Source of the DNA: a virus
Lineage: Duplodnaviria > Caudoviricetes
Strand: one strand, 5' to 3'
Length of the DNA: 36,633 bases
Virus record (IMG/VR): IMGVR_UViG_3300042897_000083
Coordinates: 1-36,633 of that record
The notes below the pieces were generated by a model. The model was not told the DNA's origin. It worked only from the letters and a program-made list of their open reading frames with translations, and searched no databases. Below are positions 1 to 9,709 of the stretch, one piece after another (position 1 is the first letter of the stretch; each line of letters starts with the position of its first letter). Position numbers and translations under genes: made by a program.

Positions 1-173
1 TAGGCCGACTCAATCATCGGCCACGCAAAGTGCTTGGATTTAGAACACCTCACGAGGTATTCTTCGGGGTGGAAGTTCTCTACACCAAGCAACCACTAGC
101 GGTTGCACTTCGAATTTGAATCCGCGTTACCTTTTAAATCAACGTTTGTTAGATTGCCTAATTTTTAAGCAAT

Positions 174-1625
174 ATGGATGAAATAGCCGTTTTATCGCCT
201 AAAGCTGCCCTTGGGATGGGGCTTGCTGAGAAGGCTAAGCGCATGGCGGAGAATAGGCTACGGTATTACAAGCCGTACCAGAAACAAATTGACTTCCATA
301 CAGCCGGGGCAGACGAAAAAATCAAAGAACGCCTGCTTGTCGCTGGCAATCAGTTGGGCAAAACACTAGCTGGATCGTTCGAGGCAGCCATGCATCTGAC
401 CGGAATTTACCCGGATTGGTGGCAAGGCGCAGTATTCGACCATCCCACAACGTCGTGGGCTGCGTCGGAAACAAGTCAGGGTACACGCGATACAGTCCAA
501 AGATTGCTACTCGGCCCCGTGGGTAGCTGGGGAACTGGAGCAATTCCAGCCTCACGCATAACCGAGATTAAACGAGCCGCGCATGGCGTGGCTGACGCGG
601 TTGAAACAATACTGGTCGCACATAAGTCCGGTGGCACAAGCAGGATAACCCTTAAGACCTACGATCAAGGCCGATTAAGATGGCAGGGCGAAACGCTAGA
701 TTTTGTCTGGTTTGATGAAGAGCCACCACAAGATATTTACATCGAAGGGCTGACCAGGACAAACGCAACGCAGGGGATTGTATGGGTAACATTCACGCCC
801 CTTAAAGGCATTAGCGATGTCGTCAAGCGGTTTATGATTGACAAGCACGCTGGCACGCATGTTACAACGATGACCATCCATGATGCGGGGCATTACACGC
901 CAGAGCAACGCGCCGCTATTATAGCCAGCTACCCGAAGCACGAGAGAGAAGCTAGGTCGTTAGGTATTCCGACACTGGGTAGCGGTAGGATATTCCCGGT
1001 AGACGAAGCTGAGATCATGTGCGACCCAATTGCCATACCTGCCCACTGGGTGCAGATAGGCGGACTAGACTTTGGTTGGGATCATCCAAGTGCAGCGGCA
1101 AGGATTGCATGGGACCGGGACAGCGATGTTATCTATGTAACAGCAGCTCACAGACAGCGAGAGCAAACGCCGGTATTGTTTTCAGCATCTATTAAGCCGT
1201 GGGGTGCGTGGTTGCCGTGGGCATGGCCACATGATGGACTGCAACACGACAAAGGCTCAGGCGAGGTTCTGGCGAATCAGTACCGCGCCCAAGGCTTGAA
1301 GATGTTGAAAGATAAAGCCACGCATCCACCAAGCAAAAATGAGCCAGAGGGTACAGGCGGTAATGGGGTGGAAGCTGGCGTGCTGGATATGCTGGACAGG
1401 ATGCAGACAGGCAGGCTCAAAGTATTCAGTAATTTAAAAGACTGGCTGGAAGAGTTTAGGCTGTACCACCGCAAGGACGGGAAAATAGTCAAGGTCAATG
1501 ACGATCTGCTTTCAGCGACACGTTACGCCATTATGATGAAGCGGTTTGCTGTGGTGAATATGCCTGTTAATACACGCAAGCACGGTCAAACATACATACC
1601 ACATGACAGAAGTATAGGATTCTAA
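174..1625 (+). CDS. terL: Terminase large subunit (P22 gp2-like)
   Basis: Walker A AGNQLGKT, Walker B FVWFDEEP, coupling motif TFTP, nuclease motifs GLDFGWDHP and DDLLSATRY. Confidence 0.95.
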   Translation: MDEIAVLSPKAALGMGLAEKAKRMAENRLRYYKPYQKQIDFHTAGADEKIKERLLVAGNQLGKTLAGSFEAAMHLTGIYPDWWQGAVFDHPTTSWAASETSQGTRDTVQRLLLGPVGSWGTGAIPASRITEIKRAAHGVADAVETILVAHKSGGTSRITLKTYDQGRLRWQGETLDFVWFDEEPPQDIYIEGLTRTNATQGIVWVTFTPLKGISDVVKRFMIDKHAGTHVTTMTIHDAGHYTPEQRAAIIASYPKHEREARSLGIPTLGSGRIFPVDEAEIMCDPIAIPAHWVQIGGLDFGWDHPSAAARIAWDRDSDVIYVTAAHRQREQTPVLFSASIKPWGAWLPWAWPHDGLQHDKGSGEVLANQYRAQGLKMLKDKATHPPSKNEPEGTGGNGVEAGVLDMLDRMQTGRLKVFSNLKDWLEEFRLYHRKDGKIVKVNDDLLSATRYAIMMKRFAVVNMPVNTRKHGQTYIPHDRSIGF

Positions 1626-1634
1626 GGGGAATAT

Positions 1635-1892
1635 ATGCAAGAAGTATGCGAAGGATTCGAACGGTTAAACATCACGGCGACCAATGCCACGATTAAGTGC
1701 GGCACGTTGCTGGGGATATTTGTTTCCTCTTCATCGGCTGGCACACTGAAATTTGCTGATGGAGATGGAACGATTGCCAATACATTCTCTGCCGTAGCCG
1801 CTACGTTCTACCGTCTGCCATGTAGATTCAAGGGGACGCTAACTGTAACGGTAGGCGGCACGCTTGACGCAACCATATTCTATAAGCTGTAA
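1635..1892 (+). CDS. Small beta-rich phage protein, possibly virion-associated
   Basis: GGGGA RBS, fills gap between terL and portal, beta-strand-like sequence. Confidence 0.7.
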   Translation: MQEVCEGFERLNITATNATIKCGTLLGIFVSSSSAGTLKFADGDGTIANTFSAVAATFYRLPCRFKGTLTVTVGGTLDATIFYKL

Positions 1893-4118
1893 ATGATAAA
1901 GGTTGAGGTGCAACAGGCTGGTGCGCCAGACGATGAGCAGCGTATTGCCGTACTGGATGCGATTGGCTCAGCGTTAGCGTCCAAGCGCAAGGATGCGATA
2001 GCCGCAAGATCACAGTCAGGCATTGAAACAGAGTGGGCAGAGGACGAGGAAAGCTATCAAGGCTATGACGATGCAAACCGGCATGAGTTCGCTAATACCG
2101 CGTCAAAGCCCGTAATAGATGGCAAGACGCGGAATGACAATGGCAAGGTTGCATCATCCGGGTCAACTGTATTCCCGAACATCACTCAGCCGTATTGTGA
2201 TGCAGTTGCAGCCCGTTACGCTGATATGGTTCTGCCGACAGATGATCGCAACTTTGCTCTTGAGCCAATAAAAGATAACAACATTGCACCGGCTCCTTTA
2301 CCTGTACCACAGCCACCACCGCCGCCAGCGCAGCCGGGACAGCCACCTGCTCCACTAACACCACAAGATCAAGCAAGGATTGCACAGGCACGATTCAAGG
2401 CGAACAATTCCCGCAAGGCAAAATTAGCCGAGGATCAGATAGACGACTGGCTACAGGCATCAGGCTATAACGGCGAGATGCGGCACGTCATTGATGATTC
2501 GGTGCGGCTTGGGTCGGGCGTAATAAAGGGGCCAGTACCCACAAAGCGCAAGCTGTCAAAATGGGTTCAAGGTGCTGACGGCGTTTCCGAGATGAAAGTC
2601 ATCGACGAGATACAGCCAGAGTCATTACGCATTGACCCGTGGAATTTATTTCCTGATCCGGCATGTGGGGAGTCTATCCATAATGGCTCATACATATTCG
2701 AGCGTGATTACATCACAGAAAAGAAGCTGGACGATCTAAGGGGATTGCCGGGATATATTGATTCGCAGATTGATAAGTGCATCCTAGAAGGCCCCGGCAA
2801 TCGGAAAGAGGGCGGCAGGAATAACAAATCATCCAGCAAAGACCAGTACGAGATATGGTACGCGCACATCGAGATCAAAGCAGACGAGCTAGTTGCCTGC
2901 GGTTGCGAGGTGGAAGGTAAAAAAAGCTACCCAGCATTGATGACGATGGTAAACAATCACGTTATCCGCGCAGCTTTAAATCCGATGGACTCCGGTGAGT
3001 TCCCATATGAAATTATCCCGTGGAAACGCAGACCGGGTATGCCGTGGGGAATGGGTCTAGCAAGACAACTAAGAACCCCGCAACGAATGGTAACAGCGGC
3101 AACACGGCGACTGGCTGACAATGCCGGTTTGGGTAGTGGCCCGATGTTTGTTGTGCGCCGTGGTGTGCAACCTGAAAACGGAATATGGGAGATTGCACCC
3201 CTCAAGGTTTGGGTAGAGGAAGATGATTCAACCGGCAATGCAACCGCACCGGTGAGCGCAGTAGTCATCCCTATGATGCAGGTTGAGCTAACCAACATCA
3301 TTCAATTGGGCATGAAAATGGCCGAAGATGTAACCGGTATGCCTCAGTTGATGCAAGGCAATCAAGGCAGCGCACCTGATACGGTCGGCGGCATGACTAT
3401 CCTGAACAACAATGCAAATTCCGTGCTACGCCGTATGGCTAGGGTGTTCGACATCGGCCAAAGTGCGGTTATCAATAAATACTATGCTTGGATGATGGAG
3501 TATGGCGAAGATGACAGGATGAAGGGCGAGTTTCAGATTGTTGCCCGTGCGTCAACAGCATTGGTCGAGCGAGATATTCAGTCACAAGAAATGGTGAATG
3601 TCCTGCAAATGTCGCTCAATCCGGCGTATGGGAAGAACCCCAAGCTGGCGATGAACGAGTATCTGAAGAGCAGGAGATTTGACCCAAGCGCGTTTGACTA
3701 TACCGAAGAAGAACTTGCCAAGATGCAGTCCAATCAACAACCGCCTGACCCGCGCATTCAAGTGGCACAGATGAACGCACAGGCCAAAGCACAAGAACAG
3801 CAAGCCAAGATTAAAGCCGATGCAGATCATGCCGCCGCCGACTATGCTTATCAAAAGTGGGAAAAGGACATGGAAATCCAGATGGAGCAAGAGAAGCTGG
3901 CGGCTGATAAAGCACAGGCTTTTGACGATCACAAGGTTGATATGGCCTCGTTGAGCATGAAACTCCGCACACAAGCCGCATTGTCTGAGCGATCAATCGC
4001 CCATCAAAAAGATACCACGGTCGGGCAACATGCGATGGATATGCATAACAATCAGGTGATGCAGCCCGTTGTGGAGCCAGCAGGACAGGCTGCGCCGGGT
4101 GAGGCGTATCAGTCATGA
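1893..4118 (+). CDS. Portal protein
   Basis: 741 aa after terL; motifs RIDPWNLFPDP, WKRRPGMPWGMG, TGMPQLMQG; Gln-rich coiled-coil C-terminus as in P22-type barrels. Confidence 0.9.
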   Translation: MIKVEVQQAGAPDDEQRIAVLDAIGSALASKRKDAIAARSQSGIETEWAEDEESYQGYDDANRHEFANTASKPVIDGKTRNDNGKVASSGSTVFPNITQPYCDAVAARYADMVLPTDDRNFALEPIKDNNIAPAPLPVPQPPPPPAQPGQPPAPLTPQDQARIAQARFKANNSRKAKLAEDQIDDWLQASGYNGEMRHVIDDSVRLGSGVIKGPVPTKRKLSKWVQGADGVSEMKVIDEIQPESLRIDPWNLFPDPACGESIHNGSYIFERDYITEKKLDDLRGLPGYIDSQIDKCILEGPGNRKEGGRNNKSSSKDQYEIWYAHIEIKADELVACGCEVEGKKSYPALMTMVNNHVIRAALNPMDSGEFPYEIIPWKRRPGMPWGMGLARQLRTPQRMVTAATRRLADNAGLGSGPMFVVRRGVQPENGIWEIAPLKVWVEEDDSTGNATAPVSAVVIPMMQVELTNIIQLGMKMAEDVTGMPQLMQGNQGSAPDTVGGMTILNNNANSVLRRMARVFDIGQSAVINKYYAWMMEYGEDDRMKGEFQIVARASTALVERDIQSQEMVNVLQMSLNPAYGKNPKLAMNEYLKSRRFDPSAFDYTEEELAKMQSNQQPPDPRIQVAQMNAQAKAQEQQAKIKADADHAAADYAYQKWEKDMEIQMEQEKLAADKAQAFDDHKVDMASLSMKLRTQAALSERSIAHQKDTTVGQHAMDMHNNQVMQPVVEPAGQAAPGEAYQS

Positions 4119-4189
4119 CCCTACTCTATTACGTGTGCCTGTTAATTCTTAGCTGCGCCCTGCTTGTTTATCTAACCATGGACGAATGA
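4115..4189 (+). CDS. Putative 24-aa hydrophobic microprotein (MTLLYYVCLLILSCALLVYLTMDE)
   Basis: ATGA overlap with the portal stop and ATGA overlap with the next ORF; one hydrophobic stretch. Confidence 0.5.
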   Translation: MTLLYYVCLLILSCALLVYLTMDE

Positions 4190-4362
4190 TTCAGCCCATC
4201 GAAATCGCCCGCCTGATAGCTGAACGCAACGACCATCAAGAGCATGAGGACGAAGCGCATAGATTGCTCGGCATAGACACCGGCAAAGAGCAGGAAGATT
4301 TGATTTGCACAGTCACCCAAGACGGTAAAGCATTAATACCGGAGAGCATAGACGCAGAATGA
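4186..4362 (+). CDS. Hypothetical 58-aa acidic protein (MIQPIEIARLIAERND...)
   Basis: Read manually; ATGA-coupled at both ends; below the ORF-track cutoff. Confidence 0.6.
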   Translation: MIQPIEIARLIAERNDHQEHEDEAHRLLGIDTGKEQEDLICTVTQDGKALIPESIDAE

Positions 4363-4568
4363 AATTATCACCACATGATATGTCCACTTCTTTGTGGCAG
4401 AAGCTGTCTGACCACTATGCGCCCTTGCTGGCCAAGGCACGCGCCCGTGCAGAAAATATAGAAATCAGCGACAAAGAAAGAATGAAGTTGCTATACGAAA
4501 TTAAGTTTACAAAAGGATTTCTGGCTCTCGCAGAGCCGGACAATAAAAAGACGACACGCGAAGAGTAA
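4359..4568 (+). CDS. Small head-module protein (Bbp19-like position)
   Basis: ATGA coupling, GGAG RBS, helical 69 aa between portal and scaffold. Confidence 0.7.
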   Translation: MKLSPHDMSTSLWQKLSDHYAPLLAKARARAENIEISDKERMKLLYEIKFTKGFLALAEPDNKKTTREE

Positions 4569-4593
4569 AAACCTTCCCCTGTTGCAAATGCTG

Positions 4594-4620
4594 ACCGCCC
4601 ATTATCAGGCGGTTTTTTTT
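4594..4620 (+). terminator. Intrinsic terminator
   Basis: ACCGCC-8nt-GGCGGT stem followed by a T-tract. Confidence 0.7.
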
Positions 4621-4631
4621 CGAGGTAATAA

Positions 4632-5426
4632 ATGACATACGAGTTAGAGCAAGCACCGGCAGACCAAGAATTAACTGAACTTATGGCTGGATATGAACCT
4701 ACGCGCAGCGACGAGCTTCCCGAAGATGAATATTCCGAAGTCATTACAGTGACCAACGAAGAGCCGGAACAAACTCACGAAATAACAGTTTCAGATTTGT
4801 CAGCAGAGTTAAAGGCACTAAAAGAGAAGGTAGCGGCAAGCCATGAAGATGCGGGAACAGTTCGCAAATTACATGGAGAAATTGGCAACATAAACCGCAC
4901 ACTTTTGGAAATGAAGAATCCGCCTCCCGCGCCCGTAGAAGATACAGACGCCGCAGAACTGGACGCATTAATCGAGGAATACCCTGATCTTGTTGGGCCA
5001 TTGGTGAAAACGCTACGTGCGACACAAGCACAACTGGCGAATTTACAACATAGACCAACCGATGACATTGACCAAAGAGTGTCGCAAACAATCGCAAGTA
5101 TTCGGCAGGAGGACGCGGCTGAAACACTTGCAATGGAGCACCCGGATTACAGGTCGCTACCTGGGACGCCTGAATATGAAGGCTGGCTATCAAACAAAAC
5201 GCCCGAATTCCAAGAGAGGTTTCGCAACACATGGAATCCCGCCGTTGTTTCAAGAGGTCTAACAGAATTCAAAGAGTCATTAAAGAAACGTGAATCAAAA
5301 CAAGAACGCCTTTCTAGCGCAATTACCCCCAAGGGAGTGTCGCGCAAAGTAGGCGAATCAACATTATCCGACGAGGAAGCAGTGTGGGCTGGGTACAACT
5401 CAGGCCATAAACGTCAAATCAAATAA
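4632..5426 (+). CDS. Capsid scaffolding protein
   Basis: Acidic N-terminus, coiled-coil, HPDY/W motifs, directly upstream of the capsid gene; GAGGT RBS. Confidence 0.8.
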   Translation: MTYELEQAPADQELTELMAGYEPTRSDELPEDEYSEVITVTNEEPEQTHEITVSDLSAELKALKEKVAASHEDAGTVRKLHGEIGNINRTLLEMKNPPPAPVEDTDAAELDALIEEYPDLVGPLVKTLRATQAQLANLQHRPTDDIDQRVSQTIASIRQEDAAETLAMEHPDYRSLPGTPEYEGWLSNKTPEFQERFRNTWNPAVVSRGLTEFKESLKKRESKQERLSSAITPKGVSRKVGESTLSDEEAVWAGYNSGHKRQIK

Positions 5427-5439
5427 AGGAAGTTAAATC

Positions 5440-6474
5440 ATGGCAAGTAATACATACGCAAGCCCTGCGGGGCGGATTAACAAAGTAAAGGGCGAAATGC
5501 TCAAGATGGCTGAACCAGAAGAGGTTCTGAGCCTTGGCTGTGAAATGAAGAAAATGCCCAAGAACAAGGGCGACAACATCGTGTATCGCGGTGTCATTCC
5601 TACGGGTGGCGCTACTACAAACGCTAACACCATCAACAGGTGGTCGGTGACTGCTGCAAGCTATCAGGTAGCCGAAGGCGTGACCCCAACAGCACAAGCA
5701 TTGGAATACCGCGATGTGACAGTAACAATCGCTGAATACGCTGTCTTGTTCAGCTATACCAACAAAGTCGCATTGCTGCACGAAGATGATATTCCCGCTG
5801 ACCAAGTTCGCCAAACCGCGCTCTTGATGGGGCTGGTGCGTGAAATGGTGCGTTACGGCATCATGAAAGCATCTACCACTGTTCAGTACAGCGGCGGAAC
5901 AACTCGCGCAACCGTGGATGAGCCTATCACTTACAACGGTCTATCTCTGTTGTCTCGTACCCTGCTGGGAAATGGTACGAACATGAAAACGTCCATTCTT
6001 GCACCGGGACCGGCATACGACTCCAGCGCGATTGAGGCTGGCTTCATTGTGTTCTGCCATACCGATTGTGAGCATGACATCAGGCGTTTGCAAGATTTTG
6101 TGCCAACCGCTAAATATGCTAACCGCTCAATCATCAACGAAAACGAACTTGGCTCTGTTGGCAGGTTCCGCTTCATCGTATCGAAAGAGCTTACTGCTTA
6201 CACAGACGCTGGCGCGGCTGTCGGGGCTACAGGACTATATACATCCGGTACGCTCGTTGACGTTTACCCGATGATTATATGCGGCGAAGATGCTGTATTC
6301 GACATTGCGCTTAATGCCAACTTCGACCCGTTCCATCTGCCTGCAAGTCAGCGCACCAAAGACGATCCAATTGGTCAACGTGGTTATGTTGGCGCGTCCT
6401 TTTGGTCTGCTGCTTGCGTGGTTAATAACGGAAAAATCGGCGTGATCGAAGTAGGCATAACATCCTTGGCATAA
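5440..6474 (+). CDS. Major capsid protein (N4-gp56-like family)
   Basis: 344 aa; motifs KMPKNKG, EGVTP, ENELGSVGRFRFI, DVYPMIICG, DPIGQRGYVG; AAGGA RBS. Confidence 0.9.
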   Translation: MASNTYASPAGRINKVKGEMLKMAEPEEVLSLGCEMKKMPKNKGDNIVYRGVIPTGGATTNANTINRWSVTAASYQVAEGVTPTAQALEYRDVTVTIAEYAVLFSYTNKVALLHEDDIPADQVRQTALLMGLVREMVRYGIMKASTTVQYSGGTTRATVDEPITYNGLSLLSRTLLGNGTNMKTSILAPGPAYDSSAIEAGFIVFCHTDCEHDIRRLQDFVPTAKYANRSIINENELGSVGRFRFIVSKELTAYTDAGAAVGATGLYTSGTLVDVYPMIICGEDAVFDIALNANFDPFHLPASQRTKDDPIGQRGYVGASFWSAACVVNNGKIGVIEVGITSLA

Positions 6475-6479
6475 CCATC

Positions 6480-6503
6480 TAGGCGGCTAATTGTGGCCGC
6501 CTA
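6480..6503 (+). terminator. Hairpin after the capsid gene (terminator or mRNA stabiliser)
   Basis: TAGGCGGCT-6nt-GGCCGCCTA stem, T-tract displaced downstream. Confidence 0.5.
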
Positions 6504-6528
6504 ACTTAATTTTTAAAGGAATAAAAGC

Positions 6529-7029
6529 ATGGATAACAGAAATTTACGCGGGTTAACGATGGGAACAGTTAGTCCGGTTCTCGTCAAAGGAACCAATAAG
6601 AGCTACACCACAACCGTTACATCTGCCGGTATTATAAACGGCAAATATGTTACCGCATTGACCGCTCAGACTAATCAGGCGGTTCCGACAACTGACCATG
6701 CAACTGGTGCTGCCTTTGTCGCTCTTACGACACAGAAAGCTACCGTGGTCGTGGTTGGGCAGAATGCCGCTGGGACAATCAAGGCATGTCAAGGAACGAT
6801 TGTGCCTACCGCGCTTGGCGTGACAACCACAGCCGGGGCATTCCTTAATTACCCGGACTTCCCGGCGCTTCCAGATGATTTCCTTGTGTTTGGTTATGCG
6901 CTTGTGCGTACCGCTCCAAGCATGTCAACAACATGGACTTTCGGAACTGATAACTGGGCTGCAACTGGCGTAACTACTACAGAGTTTGTACAGTGCCCTG
7001 TGTTACCGGCACGGCCAACATCAACATAA
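6529..7029 (+). CDS. Putative capsid decoration/minor capsid protein
   Basis: Thr/Ala/Val-rich 166 aa directly after the capsid gene, AAGGA RBS. Confidence 0.6.
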   Translation: MDNRNLRGLTMGTVSPVLVKGTNKSYTTTVTSAGIINGKYVTALTAQTNQAVPTTDHATGAAFVALTTQKATVVVVGQNAAGTIKACQGTIVPTALGVTTTAGAFLNYPDFPALPDDFLVFGYALVRTAPSMSTTWTFGTDNWAATGVTTTEFVQCPVLPARPTST

Positions 7030-7050
7030 TCCAAGTCTAACATCAGCATG

Positions 7051-7076
7051 GGCCATCTTTCGAGGTGGCCTTTTTT
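7051..7076 (+). terminator. Intrinsic terminator (UUCG loop)
   Basis: GGCCATCT-TTCG-AGGTGGCC-TTTTTT. Confidence 0.8.
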
Positions 7077-7109
7077 ACGTCCAAAAAATATAACTAAAGG
7101 AAAAATATC

Positions 7110-7523
7110 ATGTTGCAACGCAAATATAACAGTGTTCTGGCAGCAGAAGTGTTGGTCAATACCTCTACAGGAAAAGGTATTGGATATGCAACAGGCGCTG
7201 GTCGTTATGTAACGCAGATTACCAACCGCGCTACGGGTGTAACTATCAATTCGCTGGCCGGGCAGATCACAACAGATAGTACGAGTTTGGCCGCAGAAGC
7301 TTCCGCAGAGTTCATTGTCACGAATTCCAAGGTAAATCTAAATGATGTAGTTGCTCTTTCTATTCAATCTGGCGCAATAGGCGTTGGAACGATGGCAACC
7401 GTATCAACGGTGGCTAACGGGTCATTCACGATCAGAGTGCATAACGGCAACGTGGCCGCTGGAACAGCAGAAACCGGTGCAATCATTATTAACTTTGTGG
7501 TGCTTAAAGGCGCAAGTCTTTAA
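7110..7523 (+). CDS. Putative head decoration/fibre protein
   Basis: Beta-rich 137 aa (VTQITNRATGVTIN...GAIIINFVVLKG), AAGGA RBS, head module. Confidence 0.6.
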   Translation: MLQRKYNSVLAAEVLVNTSTGKGIGYATGAGRYVTQITNRATGVTINSLAGQITTDSTSLAAEASAEFIVTNSKVNLNDVVALSIQSGAIGVGTMATVSTVANGSFTIRVHNGNVAAGTAETGAIIINFVVLKGASL

Positions 7524-7539
7524 GGTTTAAAAGTAACAC

Positions 7540-7561
7540 AAGGCTCTTCGGAGCCTTTTTT
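7540..7561 (+). terminator. Intrinsic terminator (cUUCGg loop)
   Basis: AAGGCTC-TTCG-GAGCCTT-TTTT. Confidence 0.8.
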
Positions 7562-7577
7562 ATTAAAGGAAAGCTAA

Positions 7578-8072
7578 ATGGCACGAACACCACGCAATGC
7601 AATAGACAATCCAGTTACCAAGGCTCCAGTACCTATGTCAGAACAAGAGATAGGACAGCAGGAGACTCGGACAATGGAAAGCATGAATGAGCCTAAGGTG
7701 ATCGCAAAAGTCAGCGACCAACCGCTTGATTCAGAGAAAATCCAAATGCTTGCATTTATGAACGAGACAGTCACGGTAAGAATCGCGACGAGTACCGATA
7801 AAAATGCCGAGCAGTGTTTTGAATTGAACATCAATGGAAAAGCAGAGTTCTTCCGTCGGGGCGAAACCAAGAACGTCAAACGGTTTTTTGTAGATCGGCT
7901 CATGCGCCTCAAGCAAACGGTCTACGGACAGGAGTTGGTAATCAACAAAGAAGGCATTAAGTCGTATGTCTACCCTCCTTCGACCGGACTAAAGTACGAT
8001 TTCGCTATCATCCGTGACGACAACCCATTAGGAAAATCATGGGAGCGTGCGGTATTGGCTGAACGGGGTTAA
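7578..8072 (+). CDS. Hypothetical morphogenesis-region protein
   Basis: AAGGA RBS, motif LAFMNETVTVRI...DDNPLGKSW, upstream of the adaptor. Confidence 0.7.
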   Translation: MARTPRNAIDNPVTKAPVPMSEQEIGQQETRTMESMNEPKVIAKVSDQPLDSEKIQMLAFMNETVTVRIATSTDKNAEQCFELNINGKAEFFRRGETKNVKRFFVDRLMRLKQTVYGQELVINKEGIKSYVYPPSTGLKYDFAIIRDDNPLGKSWERAVLAERG

Positions 8073-8075
8073 TCC

Positions 8076-8753
8076 GTGACCTTCTTGGAGCTATGTCAAC
8101 GCTTGCGGCGTGAAGCAGGACAAGCAGGGTCTGGCCCGACAACTGTTGTTAGCCAAACCTATGACTTACTGAGAACGGTCGATTGGGTTCAAGCGGCCTA
8201 CGCAGAAATTCAGAATCTTCATGCTGAGTGGAATTTTCTGCGTACTGATCTCACCTTTCAGACCGTGGCAAGTGATAACAACTATCCGATAGCAGATATA
8301 TCCGCCACTGAATATGGCGAGTGGATACCGGATAGCTTTCGCAGTTACAAGACCAGCACTGGCGTAGCAGGCGAGCAGTTTATGCAATGGCTGGACTGGC
8401 CTGATTTCCGCGATAAGTATGTAATCGGCTCGAATCGCACACTGGAAGGGAACCCGCGTTATATCGCGCAGAAGCCCGACACCTCTCTGATTCTTTTCCC
8501 GACACCTGAGGCTATCTACACCATCAATGGTGAGTATTTCAAACGAGCACAGGCTATGACAGTGGATGCTTCTGAGCCACTTATACCAACCAAGTTCCAC
8601 ATGATTATCGTATGGCGTGCATTGATGTTTTACGCCGGCTATACCAGTGCCCCAGAGTTGTACGAAGTTGGGCAAAGAGAATATAAAAACATGCTATTCA
8701 AACTAGAGTCATCACAGTTGCCGCGAATAAGAATGGCAGCGCCGCTAGTATGA
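8076..8753 (+). CDS. Head-tail adaptor (tail tubular protein A / T7 gp11, P22 gp4-like role)
   Basis: MTFLELCQRLRRE start, W-x-F-L, LILFPTP, IPTKFHMIIVWRAL motifs, size and position. Confidence 0.85.
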   Translation: MTFLELCQRLRREAGQAGSGPTTVVSQTYDLLRTVDWVQAAYAEIQNLHAEWNFLRTDLTFQTVASDNNYPIADISATEYGEWIPDSFRSYKTSTGVAGEQFMQWLDWPDFRDKYVIGSNRTLEGNPRYIAQKPDTSLILFPTPEAIYTINGEYFKRAQAMTVDASEPLIPTKFHMIIVWRALMFYAGYTSAPELYEVGQREYKNMLFKLESSQLPRIRMAAPLV

Positions 8754-9061
8754 AAAGACCACTACCTAACGTACCCATAAAGCAAGACTGGATTGCATTC
8801 AAAGGCGGGTTAGACACCACCACGCCAGCCATGAGCAAGCCCCCAGGCACAGTCTATGCCGCGCAGAACTTTGAAGTGGATGTGAACGGCGGTTACAACA
8901 CCGTACAAGGCTATGAGCGATTCGACGGCAGAGCAAGGCCATCTGACGCGCAGTACGCCACGCTGACTTGTACGCTGTCAGTCACGGTCAATGTGGGCGA
9001 CATCGTGACGGACGTAACAGGAACGATATTCGGCACTGTCATTGCAGTGACAACCCCATGA
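8750..9061 (+). CDS. N-terminal fragment (103 aa) of tail nozzle / tubular protein B-like gene
   Basis: Follows the adaptor with ATGA overlap; FKGGLDTTTP...AQNFE...GGY...GYERFDG typical of nozzle N-termini; stops halfway through a repeat that is continued at 33816. Confidence 0.8.
   Translation: MKRPLPNVPIKQDWIAFKGGLDTTTPAMSKPPGTVYAAQNFEVDVNGGYNTVQGYERFDGRARPSDAQYATLTCTLSVTVNVGDIVTDVTGTIFGTVIAVTTP
9048..9054 (+). repeat. 7-bp direct repeat TGACAAC, copy 1 (left split point)
   Basis: Identical to 33817-33823 and in the same codon phase. Confidence 0.75.
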
Positions 9062-9681
9062 GGATGCTGATTGCACTGCTGCTACTGAGTTTTCAGGTGA
9101 GCGCAGAGAATTCAATTAGCTCAGATCAATACAAAGTAACAGGCTGGTTTAACGCGGACAACTCACTGCATACAGGTATCAAATCTGATACTTTGATGGA
9201 TTTTAGTACCGGCATGGCTGGTGCTAATTTCAGTATGTACGGCATAGCAAGAGGCAATGGTAACGGCGGTTCATGGGGTGTGCATGACATCGTAGGTGTA
9301 CACGGTACAGCGGTAAAGAGCGGCAGCTTTTGGGCGGCTGGAATGCACTGTGATGTTTACGATACATCACCGGGCGGCACATCCGTGTGCTTGAACGTCG
9401 AGTTCCCCCAAACTCAGCGCGGCACGAACACCATCGGAATCAACATGCAGCCGCACGCTGGCGCACGTAATCTGGTCGGCATACAGATTCAAAGCCCGGA
9501 AGCATTCAAATATTCGCTCTACATACCCAATTCAAGTATTGCCTTTGGTCAAGTGGATACCGTGCCATTCGGGATGCGCTTCAACACATCAAGACAATCG
9601 TTGGAGTTTTTCAGATCAATCGGAAAACCGGACGAAACCAAAGTAGGCGAAATCAAAATGGACTTCGGGCAAGTTAAATAA
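9058..9681 (+). CDS. Secreted 207-aa protein with signal peptide and beta-helix/tailspike-like body
   Basis: ATGA overlap with the 9061 stop; MRMLIALLLLSFQVSA|E signal peptide; Gly-spaced beta strands. Confidence 0.7.
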   Translation: MRMLIALLLLSFQVSAENSISSDQYKVTGWFNADNSLHTGIKSDTLMDFSTGMAGANFSMYGIARGNGNGGSWGVHDIVGVHGTAVKSGSFWAAGMHCDVYDTSPGGTSVCLNVEFPQTQRGTNTIGINMQPHAGARNLVGIQIQSPEAFKYSLYIPNSSIAFGQVDTVPFGMRFNTSRQSLEFFRSIGKPDETKVGEIKMDFGQVK

Positions 9682-9709
9682 AACTACCTATGTACTGTAA
9701 AGGATAGCA

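Noticed and set aside
1-8. TAGGCCGA shared with 32341-32348
   Set aside because: An 8-bp match at an arbitrary window edge, consistent with chance.
8968-9057. ORF-track upstream start for the secreted protein
   Set aside because: It overlaps the nozzle N-fragment; ATG 9058 gives ATGA coupling and puts the signal peptide at the N-terminus.
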